Assembly (NCBI GenBank): GCA_964270895.1
Contig: OZ185443.1
Origin: Podarcis filfolensis
Taxonomy: Eukaryota
Strand: one strand, 5' to 3'
Length of the DNA: 64,000 bases
The position numbers and the translations under genes were made by a program. This document shows, one piece after another, positions 27,954-37,000 of this stretch (position 1 is the first letter of the stretch; the number at the start of each line of letters is the position of its first letter). The notes under the pieces were generated by a model. It worked only from the letters and a program-made list of their open reading frames with translations. It had not been told where the DNA came from and ran no database searches.

Positions 27954-28149
27954 CTTAAGTATATTGTAGAAGCAGAATAAAATAATTCCCTCACTTTATC
28001 TGTACTTCAGCTTGCATTATAATCCAATTAGTTTAAAGATTCCTACTGAAGAAACAAATTATTGTTTTGTTTTGTTTTAATTACAGCTCAGTGCAATTAC
28101 AATGCAGAGGAAAAAGGCTGCCTCCTTGATAGAGTTGGAAAATACTTGA
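414..28149 (+). CDS. SCLT1: Sodium channel and clathrin linker 1 (centriolar distal-appendage coiled-coil protein), 5'-partial, 16 exons
   Basis: join(414..549,1260..1382,2445..2510,3358..3428,6170..6260,6385..6476,8525..8702,10307..10405,11161..11232,13533..13607,16587..16732,19237..19429,20693..20889,26245..26323,27021..27116,28087..28149) = 1777 nt. All introns are GT-AG, phases are compatible and there is no internal stop. The translation matches my recalled vertebrate SCLT1 (AVELWQTVSQEL, LLEEANLQKSQ, NRWKEETKKLTE, RLQRRLSQAEERA, QRKKAASL). Confidence 0.96.
790..1002 (+). mobile_element. tRNA-derived SINE (CORE/MIR- or Squam3-like)
   Basis: A-box-like GGTGTAGTGAATG, B-box-like GGATCAAATCCC, body GGGTGACCTTGG...CTCTCAGCCTAACC, (AATT)n tail. 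Confidence 0.7.
1260..1382 (+). CDS. SCLT1: SCLT1 exon (EKEHAVELWQTVSQELERL...ESQKQK)
   Basis: tttttgtag acceptor, gtaatc donor; 123 nt. Confidence 0.95.
2445..2510 (+). CDS. SCLT1: SCLT1 exon (DQLTSFQQLTKQLHFNNEKTES)
   Basis: ttttttag acceptor, gtaagt donor; 66 nt. Confidence 0.93.
3358..3428 (+). CDS. SCLT1: SCLT1 exon (LNQVFKKTVTEQNVELDQLRKQQR)
   Basis: cttgtag acceptor, gtataa donor; 71 nt. Confidence 0.9.
3790..4110 (+). mobile_element. Internal L2-type LINE ORF2 fragment
   Basis: Translates as LDFSATLPLCREVGPIRMVRPRHLMDP, then after a frameshift RWNAELTRAIECLAPKRPL...APWF, typical of the L2 endonuclease-RT linker; CpG-rich. Confidence 0.7.
4354..4579. mobile_element. Tc1/mariner(pogo)-type MITE, copy 1
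   Basis: TIRs C(C/A)GTGGTACCT ... AGGTATCACTG flanked by TA on both sides; internal GGTTAAGAAC repeats; reverse complement of copy at 16141. Confidence 0.88.
5472..5788 (-). mobile_element. CR1-type LINE 3' end
   Basis: CATAAGAAAATAAGAAG tail (reverse) and GATTTATCC...AAAGCCATC...GGTGGCC block, similar to 46980-47275. Confidence 0.6.
6170..6260 (+). CDS. SCLT1: SCLT1 exon (QSKLDLRTAAAKVDEMTRLIENLQAQVDRK)
   Basis: gtgtag acceptor, gtatgt donor; 91 nt. Confidence 0.93.
6385..6476 (+). CDS. SCLT1: SCLT1 exon (EEEVLAAQEREEASDKRL...KELEKR)
   Basis: ttccag acceptor, gtagaa donor; 92 nt; follows a 124-nt intron. Confidence 0.93.
8107..8217 (-). mobile_element. 5'-truncated Sauria SINE (3' part)
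   Basis: TAAAGGTAAAGG tail and GTTTGTCCACAGACAGCTTT shared with the full copy at 24258. Confidence 0.8.
8525..8702 (+). CDS. SCLT1: SCLT1 exon (LCVAAEDLKELRTEKTNLEKQ...LLEEANLQKSQ)
   Basis: atgcag acceptor, gtaaac donor; 178 nt. Confidence 0.95.
10307..10405 (+). CDS. SCLT1: SCLT1 exon (AMICAKQKEEEIENMKE...STRKE)
   Basis: atttag acceptor, gtgagt donor; 99 nt. Confidence 0.92.
11161..11232 (+). CDS. SCLT1: SCLT1 exon (VENEKKRCNIQISRLAEEIDALQK)
   Basis: ttaaaag acceptor, gtatgt donor; 72 nt. Confidence 0.92.
13533..13607 (+). CDS. SCLT1: SCLT1 exon (ECEEKQIQIERSARERQTVEEELEK)
   Basis: ttggtag acceptor, gtgaaa donor; 75 nt. Confidence 0.93.
16141..16382. mobile_element. Tc1/mariner(pogo)-type MITE, copy 2
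   Basis: TIRs CAGTGGTACCTC / GAGGTACCACTG with TA on both flanks; one extra 16-nt unit relative to copy 1. Confidence 0.92.
16587..16732 (+). CDS. SCLT1: SCLT1 exon (VYREGRRNEGDSRKLEE...KIKQLEM)
   Basis: aatcag acceptor, gtaagt donor; 146 nt. Confidence 0.94.
17201..17448. mobile_element. hAT-type non-autonomous element
   Basis: TIRs TAGGGTTGCCATA / TATGGCCACCCTA; TSD degenerate. Confidence 0.65.
19237..19429 (+). CDS. SCLT1: SCLT1 exon (YEEQRNSGQEMIYKLQSILESERKNCG...AAKLK)
   Basis: ttcaag acceptor, gtattt donor; 193 nt. Confidence 0.92.
20693..20889 (+). CDS. SCLT1: SCLT1 exon (ISIMENEH...NRWKEETKKLTEATETRINSL)
   Basis: ttctatag acceptor, gtaagt donor; 197 nt. Confidence 0.95.
22540..22574. 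repeat. (TG)n microsatellite
   Basis: About 17 perfect TG units. Confidence 0.97.
24258..24612 (-). mobile_element. Near full-length Sauria SINE
   Basis: Minus strand reads tRNA-like head GCGGGTGGCACTGTGGTCTAAACCACTGAGCC...GGTTCAAATC, body GCAAGTAGATAAATAGGTACC, (ACCTTT)n tail; about 355 bp. Confidence 0.9.
26245..26323 (+). CDS. SCLT1: SCLT1 exon (SELSRQKIYTQEVLCQLERTNEKVIE)
   Basis: ttcatag acceptor, gtaaga donor; 79 nt. Confidence 0.94.
27021..27116 (+). CDS. SCLT1: SCLT1 exon (NEKLMMEHQEKVNRLQRRLSQAEERATTASQQ)
   Basis: atacag acceptor, gtatct donor; 96 nt. Confidence 0.95.
27181..27575 (-). mobile_element. L2-type LINE 3' end
   Basis: Shares AAAAACTTCCCTA..CAGGGCT, CACTACC.A.AAGGC and GCTGGACCTCAGTGTC blocks with copies at 40203 and 49150; (ATAA)-type tail. 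Confidence 0.8.
27904..27952. repeat. (AT)n(AC)n compound microsatellite
   Basis: Direct read. Confidence 0.97.
28087..28149 (+). CDS. SCLT1: SCLT1 terminal coding exon (LSAITMQRKKAASLIELENT*)
   Basis: ttacag acceptor; TGA at 28147-28149. Confidence 0.94.
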   Translation, partial: LSAITMQRKKAASLIELENT

Positions 28150-28467
28150 AAGTAATATATTGTTCTTCCATGCAACATGTAAGTTGAGGCTGCTGAAGAG
28201 CAGCATTAGGACATATCATGCACAGAGTGACTTCTATAAAAATATGCATCACTGTTACCCGAGAAGAGAATCACTGTGGCTTCTTCACGATAAACATTAA
28301 GCGGGTAACTGCAAATACATATTGAAGTGAATTAAAGCTAGATGGAAAGGTGGATTCCCTTATATAACATGTTTTGTTTTATGGTAGAAAACTTTGCCAC
28401 AAAGTTTGAAATACACAATTGCTGAATTTTAAGGTTTTTTACAACTGACAGTACCTAATGTTGTGTT

Positions 28468-28473
28468 AATAAA
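28468..28473 (+). promoter_or_regulatory. Candidate SCLT1 polyadenylation signal (AATAAA)
   Basis: First canonical AATAAA I found after the stop (about 320 nt), followed by T-rich sequence; usage not provable from DNA. Confidence 0.55.
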
Positions 28474-29519
28474 CTCAGCATTTTAAAACTATTTTTTCCC
28501 ATGTAAGGTGTTGAATTTGAAAACAAATTGGCCTTTGTAAAATTGCTATTTTATTTATTTTTTTACTTTATTTATTCCTTAGATGTTAATTGACACCAGT
28601 AAGACTACTCTTTTCTGGTTCCCCAAATTCTTGTGGATATACAAACAGTTCCTATTGCAGATGAATACTTCAAAGTTGTTATTTACAGGATTCAGAATAC
28701 TATTGCATTTCCATGTTGTATAATGTAGGAACTACCAAAGAATCAAAAGGGCTTTTAGCATTATGGCTTGAGACATCTGTTTCCAATGCACACACATCTG
28801 AGTAACTTGGCTGGGAATTAGCCTTTCAGAAATGAGTGAATGGGAAGGAATTTAGCATCATGACAGGGAAACTTTGGCCTTCTGCAACCCTGGGTTCTAT
28901 TTCTGCTGGAGTGCAGGCTGTTATCTGGTAGAACTGCCTCAGAAAACTGGCACCTTAGCCAAATTGGCAAGAGCTTGCAAGTGCAGCACAAGACTTTGGG
29001 TCTATATAGTGGAGTACCATGGTGGGTACTTACAGGAGGGGGAAATAATGGTTAAATTTCACAATTTCATTGAGAAAGAAAGCTTCTTACAATACAATAA
29101 TAGGGGAGAGATTGCCTTGTAAAATGTATGGAGTAAGCATGAGTCACTGAAGTGAGAGTAGGAAGGAATGTGAGACAAGAGAGCAAAGAGGTGGCAGCGA
29201 GCCAAGGCCAGCTTCACTGAGATGGGTTGGAGAAAAAAGAACTGTAGGAAGACTGCAATGGGCTGAAAGACAAGGAATGAGATGAGTTATTGTTCATCCT
29301 TAGTCTACTGAGATGAACAGAGAAGGGGGAATCCTCAGTATAAGATTAGATCCAAGAGCAAAGAGAAAATCCAGACTCCTAGCATTTCCACCAAGTAGGG
29401 ATGGAAAGTGATGGGCCACCTTGGCACCAGTTGCAAGAGTAAGTCTAGCCGAAAAGCTTTTCTGCTTCTGGAATCTTGTGGAAGTAGCAGCATCGATGTC
29501 AAATCATAACACTTGACGT

Positions 29520-32500
29520 GTATTGCAAAATGTACAGCATTTATTCACATACAGACAAAGGCACAATTCTACTAAATATTTTAACAAAAAAATACAGCCA
29601 TCTTCAACTAGGTCTTTATAAATACTTCAAAAAGGGAGGAAAATAAATACAGGATTGGGCCATGTAATATAAAATAGTCATCTCTACATATACTTTATTT
29701 CTGATTCTATCTTTTTTTGTCATCATGCACCTGTTTTCAAATTTGAGCAAAATGGACACCAAAGCTAGGCACATAGTGAAAAATCCTCTGTACAGGGTTT
29801 TACAAATGTAGCAATGAAAGTTTTTTAAAGTTTTTTTAAATAATATTTGTACACATGAGACATGTATAACGTTCCATTCATTTAGGGAGAGTGTGTGTGT
29901 GTCCATCCCCAAAACCTAACAGATAGCATTCCAGGTCATTACAGAAGGGTTTATTAAGCCTACATTTCAATGTAGTACACCAATCAAAATCAAGAAATGT
30001 CTTGGGCATTCTGCATAAAGAAAAAGGTGAAACCTAACAAGAAATAACGGCTGTTTCCATATTAACAAAATGAATGCAGTAGTAGGTAAGGATTACTGCT
30101 TTATTTTATTTTTATTTTACTGAGTGCTTAGAGTAGCATGGAACTTGTACAGTTGGTCATACTGATGTTTTCCCATATTTCTGCAGCTATGGGGGAAAGC
30201 ACAATTTATTTTTCTCTTTTGTTTTTCTTAATTTTTGGTTCAGCATTATTCAAAATCAGAAAGCTTATTAACCTAAACATGGTGGGGAGCAAAACAGGTA
30301 AGGCATTGTTCTGCACAAATGCTATCATTCCTAATAGTGCAAATGTTATGATATTTCTTTCAAAATAAGTCATAACATTGAATAATGTTTACTTATAATC
30401 AAATTTATTTTATTCCTTCTATGGCTTGATGAACAACAACACCCTTACAGGGCAGGCTAACTGATAATATTTCACTCAACCCTCACCCAAAACACTTACT
30501 GTATTGAAAAGTAAATTAATCACGTCCCTCTTTTCCCATATTTTAACAAGAACATGTCTGCTTTTAAAGCAGCAAACCTGGTCAACATACCTATAAGATA
30601 TGAGTAGTTTAATCAGAAGCAATAAAGCCTTATAAAACTACATCTTTCATATCACTATTTTTTCATTTCCAGTATCCTAATCTGTTGTCACTATCTTGAT
30701 CATGTTAAAAATCAAGGCCTCAGTGTCTTAATCTTATTCTGATCCAAAGCTAGGCATGGAGTACACTGAGAATAGAGGTGTACAGGAGGGACTTGTTCTA
30801 TTTACTTCACTTCTGGAGAATTCCTCTGGTTAAGCACTTGCAACAGCCCCTACCTGTGTGAAGTTCTATGCATGCGCTAAAACTCCAGCGTGCAAACAGC
30901 AGCTGGCTCTTACATTAAGGCTCCCTTCAGATGCGCCTCCAAACATGTTTGTAAAATCATGTACAAACCACAAAGTTGCACATTTCCCTTCCCTCCCACA
31001 CATGGATCCCCTTTCAGCTACCTGTTTAAGCACAAACCAGTTTGCTTTAACATCTGAAATATGCCCTCCAAACTAGATTTGGAAGCCCCACTTGCAAGTG
31101 TGGTTTCTGATTCTAGTACAAGCAATATTGTAAATATGGGCAGTGCCAAACAAGAAACTGAGAGGAGCCAAGAGTAAATGGAGATGATGTAAGCCCACAA
31201 CTAATTTCTAAATCTTAAAGAGTTTATTTGTTTTAGTTTATTTTAGGATTATGACCTCTGTTCCAGAAGCAAATAGGAATGATTTCTGAGGGCTGGTTCC
31301 CAAAATACATCATGCAAACTCCTACTAAATATATCTGATTCACAGGTACACACATTACATTTTTCCAAGTGGAGAAGGCCAGGGCTGCTTGCATGTAAGG
31401 AACATGTACTGTGTCAACCTCCCCAAGCAGTTTTTTGATCATTCAGTGACTTGCATAGCAAGATGGAACAGCAGCAATCCAGTTCTGTTGAAACCCCTGG
31501 AAGACTCAAGTCAAATTGCAAGGCTTCAACATTTCTTTCATAGTTGTAAACCCACTTCTTGCAAGTGAAGTAGCTAAATACCGCTGCTGATGGACTGGGG
31601 GGAGGGCTGTCCATTTTTATTTTTTAAAAAACACCTACAGCTGCTTAAACTTTCTTATAACTAGGTTATGTCTGATTTTACATCAAAGTTCAGTCCCCAA
31701 AGTTACTGCAGCCTAAAACTACGTTATGTGTATTATAGATGCACTTGCGATAGAGACACACACTCTATGGGTGCAAAAAAAAAGAAAAAAGACTCTGAAC
31801 GATCTGTTCATCTTATTGCTGATGGCTTACTCTCATTAGTTATTGCAATTCTTAAAATGATGTAATCAGAACACAAGCCCCTCCATGGTCAAATCTAATC
31901 CTTATCATAAAATCATGATGTTAAATTGGCTTGAATGTAAAGCGCTACTCACATCTTATTGCCTTTCCATTGTATTCAAAATATATATATATTTATTACA
32001 TCCTTCTCTTTTTATTTAAAGTAACCCTTGTGTGTCAGAAAATTGCATATCCCAACACATACCATTAGTGCACATTGGGAAAGGCTGCTGACTAGTGCCT
32101 TTAGAAACATGGGCATATCTTCATAGCAAATTTTCAGCCTGTTTACCTGTCATGGCTTCTCCCCAAAAACCTGGGAATTGTGTGATGAGATGCTGAGAAT
32201 GAGTTATTGAAAAATCTGTTGCCCATCAGAGAGTTATAATTCTCAGGGTGGGGTGGGGAGCAGACAAGGAAGGAAGGGAACCATGACAGCAAAAACTATA
32301 TACTATTTGCAGTGTAGACGCACTGAGTCTTTCCCACTTGAATTGTCATCATATTTCGGATGGGCAGTGCCAGCAGAATATAGCAGGCTACAAATCTGCC
32401 TTCCTTCTCAACAAGATAAAAAGTACTTTAAGACATATTCTCCAAATTTGAGGAGCTGAGTAGTTTTTATACTCTTAGTCTGAGTTCCTTCAGAACAGCA

Positions 32501-33190
32501 CTGTGCTGCTACTGTTTTCACAATTGGTCAGCTTGGTTCTATCCCTTCAGGTATCTTAGTAGTCATGGTAAATTCTTCTTACCTGCTTGATGGGCTTTTG
32601 TGAAAACTCTTCCGGGGTTCGTAAAGCTGCCAAAAAACCCACCACCACCCTGAATTCTAAAACAACAAAAATTGCAGACTACTAGGGCTTAGTCCTAGCA
32701 CAGCATCACGAAAGTGACAATTTAGAGTGGACGATGCGGTGCAGGGTGATTATAACCACCATTGTAAATTATCCTTGTGTACTAACAGCTTGTGCTTTTC
32801 AGAGACAGAGGAAAATCCTCAGTGCTATCCACCTAAATCGGTTTCCCCATCCAAATCTACCCCCCATTTATTTCATCTTTTAATTTGTATTCATCTTATT
32901 GAGCAACTGGCATAGCAAGGTCATCTTCTCAGGTGATTTCTTCAGGAAAGTTGCAAATAAAGAAGGTTGTAATCTCACCGACATGACGGGTGGAGGACAA
33001 ACTCTTAGTCAAGTGCACGTAAACATATTTCTACAGCCCGGAAAAAACAGGCTCACTGTTGGCTTATATTGTAGCCATGTGTAAGGACCCCCCCCCCTCC
33101 TTGTCACACCAATAAATAATGCAGAGTGGATAATTTTTCCAGGCTGGGGCTTCACTGACTCCAGTGCTGCTATTGTGTCTCACTCTCTAG
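29520..33190 (-). other. JADE1: Probable long (about 3.7 kb) JADE1 3' UTR
   Basis: AT-rich stretch after the stop with few recognisable TEs, ending near AATAAA at 29545-29540; distal boundary inferred. Confidence 0.55.
29540..29545 (-). promoter_or_regulatory. Candidate distal JADE1 polyadenylation signal
   Basis: Minus strand reads TGTGAATAAATGCTGTACATTTTGC; another candidate AATAAA at 31997-31992. Confidence 0.55.
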
Positions 33191-34089
33191 TCAGGAGGCA
33201 AGGATGCTTCTCCTAATGATGTCTGTCCTCCTAGGAATAGTGCTATTTGAACTGAGCCTTTGTTGCCTGCATTTCTTCTCAGCCATCTCAGTTTCTGAAT
33301 CGCTCATCTCAGCATCAGGGGCGTACCCGTCATTCTCGCTGTCCACCTTTAGGTTGCTTTTGGCCCTATCTTTAGGGGAAACTCGACCCAGGCCCGAGTA
33401 AGGATAGTTAGAGTTTTGGCGGCACATCTCTTCTTGCCCTTCTCCCTGCTGTTGTCTTTCTCCTTTCTTTGGAATTCGAAATCCTCCCCAGTTTTTCACA
33501 GGGCTTCTGGGTGTCGTAGGCACTTTAACCGGAGTTGGATTATAGTTTATTTTGAAAAAAGATCCATTGCATTTAGGCACTATATCCCTCCGGGTTCCGG
33601 GCGCTGACCTGCCACTCGGGTGGTTCACAGCCCTTTTGTTTTCTAACTGCCTCTGAGACAGTTCGTTGGATCTCAAGGGTTTGTGGTTGTGTTTAGAAGG
33701 TTTCTCCTTCAGTCCTACCTTCATCACATCACAATGGGAATGATTGTCTCTTCTCTTCCTGTGGTCTGCTATAACAACTCCATTCTTCTGTTGTGCTGAT
33801 CCAATTTGTGCTTCTGCAAAGGTCTTTTCAAAACTGAAAAAGCTACTGGGAGTTGCAAAGCCTTCCCTTTGGCTGGGCTGCTTGAGTAAAGATTTGTCAT
33901 CGTGCCCAGAGCTCCTCCTCATCCGCTCTCTCTTCTGTGTTTTTTTCAAAGAGTGACTCAATGACATGCCCATTTGCTTTCTGAAGAAAGCTGAGTGCCA
34001 TTTCAAATCCTCTATCTGAGGTGCATCTGGGCCCAGCGGTGTACTGTTGAAGAGCATTATATTTTCCATAGAGGAGGAGGAAGGCATGC
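33191..34089 (-). CDS. JADE1: JADE1 terminal coding exon ([15 protein letters not shown]...RRSILAS*)
   Basis: ctttccag acceptor; 899 nt; TGA at 33193-33191. Confidence 0.97.
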
Positions 34090-37000
34090 CTGGAAAGACA
34101 AAAACAAATGGGTTAATGTTTATCTGAAGCAGCTTTCAAGCATTTTTGATTGTCAGTCAATTGCTTGACATTTACTTCTCCAGATCCCAACTCAGGGAAA
34201 CTATTCAGCTTAGCCAGATAAGATATAATCAGGCATGTTGGGATACGCTACTCTCAGCCATCCTAACGAAAAATCATAAGAAATTTTGGAAGGCTGTAGC
34301 AGACTCCCCACAGACACAGGATGATTCGCTGACATTGATTCCATCTTTGTCATGGGTAGAGCATTTCAAGACAGTTTTCTTTGATGACTCTATTCCACCT
34401 GACAGTCAGGTCCATGCCATTTTTACTTTCACAGATGAGTGGCCCCCTGTCTCTATTACCGAAGTTACAAGTTTAATTGATCAGATGAAAGCAGGAAAGG
34501 CTGCCGGCCCTGATGCTATTCCATCTGAACTGATCAAAGCCAAGTCAGAGTGGTGGGCTCCGATACTAGCGGATCTATTCACTGTGATAGATAGATCTGG
34601 TATCATGCCTAACTCATGGCAGCAATCTAGAATTATCCCAATCTTTAAAAAGGGTGACAAAAAGCTGCCACCCAACTATCGGCCAATAAGTCTATTGTCA
34701 GACATCGGGAAATTGTACACTAAACATCTGCTAAATAAACTAACTACTTGGCTTGATGAAAATAATATCATAGGTCTGGAGCAGGCAGGGTTTAGGCAAG
34801 GGAAATCCACTTTACACAACTGCATGGTGTTATCTCACTTAGCCGCTACGTACACACAGCTTCATAAAGAATGTCTTTATGTGGCCTTCCTAGATAACAA
34901 GGCTGCTTTTGACACTGTTGACGGGGCTGTTATGGACCAAATTGGAGACAATGGGCCTAGAACCTAGATTACTATACTTGATCAAAAAGCTTTATACAAA
35001 GAACACCTGTCGTATAAGAACACCACCAGGGAATGTAATGACAGATCCCGTCATTATAAACCGAGGAGTAAAGCAGGGCTCCCTCTTTTTTCAGTCTTTT
35101 TCTTAACGACCTTACTTCATCATTAAAACAAGTAGATGCCCATAGCCCAAAACTCAACGCATCAAGCATTCCCATCCTCCTATACGCAGATGACATGATT
35201 TTGCTTTCACGGACAAGAATTGGCCTAAGACTATTGTTAAATTCCTGTATTGACCATCTGTCCAGAGTGAAACTGTGCATGAACTTTGATAAAAGCAAAA
35301 TAATGGTTTTTGGGAATTCACACAAGAGCTATAGCTGGGTATTTGGTGGAAAAACCATCCAGTAGGTATTTGAATTTAACTATCTGGGAATTACATTCCA
35401 TCATAGGCTTCTATGGTCCTTGCATCATGCACCGCGGTGAATGCCAGTAAGATGTCTATGCAGGCCATAATGCGGTTTTTCATAACGAGGTAATTCACAT
35501 ATCCCCTCTGCCCTCAAGGTCTTCAACGCCAAAATTATAGCTCGATTGCTCTATGGAATCCTAGTTTGGCTGCCAGGGTTTACCCAGCTGGTAGAACAAG
35601 TGCAGGCAGCTTTCCTTTTTAAGATTTTTGCTATCACACGTTGTGTACCCTATTCAGCCTTGTGTCTAGAGGGAGGGCAACACAAGATAGAGACCGTTGC
35701 CTGGGCAAGATTTCTTCTATGTTGGTTAAACATCTACCTCACATTAGACAAAGATTATCTCCTTAGCGAAGTCTTGTCAGACCCCTTTCTTTCCCCAGGG
35801 CTACAACAGTTTAACATAAAGGTACAGCAACTTGGACTGTCAATGGAACTTTTGCAATCGATACACCCATCATCTGTCAAGGCTATAATAAAAACTAGGT
35901 TGTGGGAGATTGAACACCAGGAACTAACAGCAGCAGCAGAGAAAACTTGTTCCCCTCTTTACTTTCAACTTTCTTGGGCATATGAAATTAATCACAATTA
36001 TCTTGAATTTCTGCTTATCCCTCAAGAAAGAAGGGCATTTTTGCTGTCCAGGTTTAATTCAAATCCATCAAATCTCCTTTGGGGGAGGTTCTTGGGAGTG
36101 GTGGAAGGAGAAAGAATTTGCCCATGTGAAGACCACGTGCTGGAAACTCTTACTCATATGGTTCTTAAATGTAAACTATATGCTGATCTCCGCCAGCAGT
36201 TTCTAGATCAACTCTGCATCCCCAAATGGAAACTAGAGTTGGAGGTCATACATTTTCTATTACTGGGGAACGATCAGGAGCTCACCAAGTTAGTGGCTAA
36301 GTATCTTTATTTGGTTTTTTTGTTGCAGAAACACATTGCAGGTGTCTGATCTCCCTGGAGACCTAGAAATGTAACGTTAGACTGTTTTGCCTCTTTTCAT
36401 TTGACAAATGTTCTGTGACATTGGGGAGGTGGTAATTCTGTATTGATTTCCTATGGATGTTTGTATGTGATGCCAATAAAAGGTTTGATGATGATAATTT
36501 TTGAGCTTCTTAGCCAAGAATGTCCTTTAGGTAGATCCAGACTTAAGTAATGTGCTCGGTTGCCAGTGAAATCAATGGGCCTTTAAGTCATGACTAAAGT
36601 GTCACAATTATTTCAATAGTACTTAGGTTAAATTTGCTAGTCTTGATCCAACTTGCTGTCTCTACTTTTTCCATGTTTTTTTAAAAGGGTTTTTTTCTAA
36701 ACAGCCAAAACATGGAGTACCAGTTTCACAACACTGAACATGTGGCAGTAAGCTATCTGTGTCAAACATTTTTTTTTAATTAATGGCAAGATTTTAATAG
36801 GGCTTTACTGCTCTGAAAAAACCCACTTCTTCCTGATTAAATACATGTCCCTTTATATCAGAGGCTGACTTCTCTATTTCTGCTTAGTTACATGGGGCAA
36901 TAATTGTAGAGTTTTAATAAATATCACTAGAATAACTAAAAATTAAGGCAAGATGTTGCTTGCATTTGTGTGGATATATAGTGTGTCAGAATATTGGCGA

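Noticed and set aside
29485-29492. miR-15/16 8mer site (TGCTGCTA on the minus strand)
   Set aside because: Lies beyond the likely JADE1 cleavage site, and single seed matches are expected by chance.
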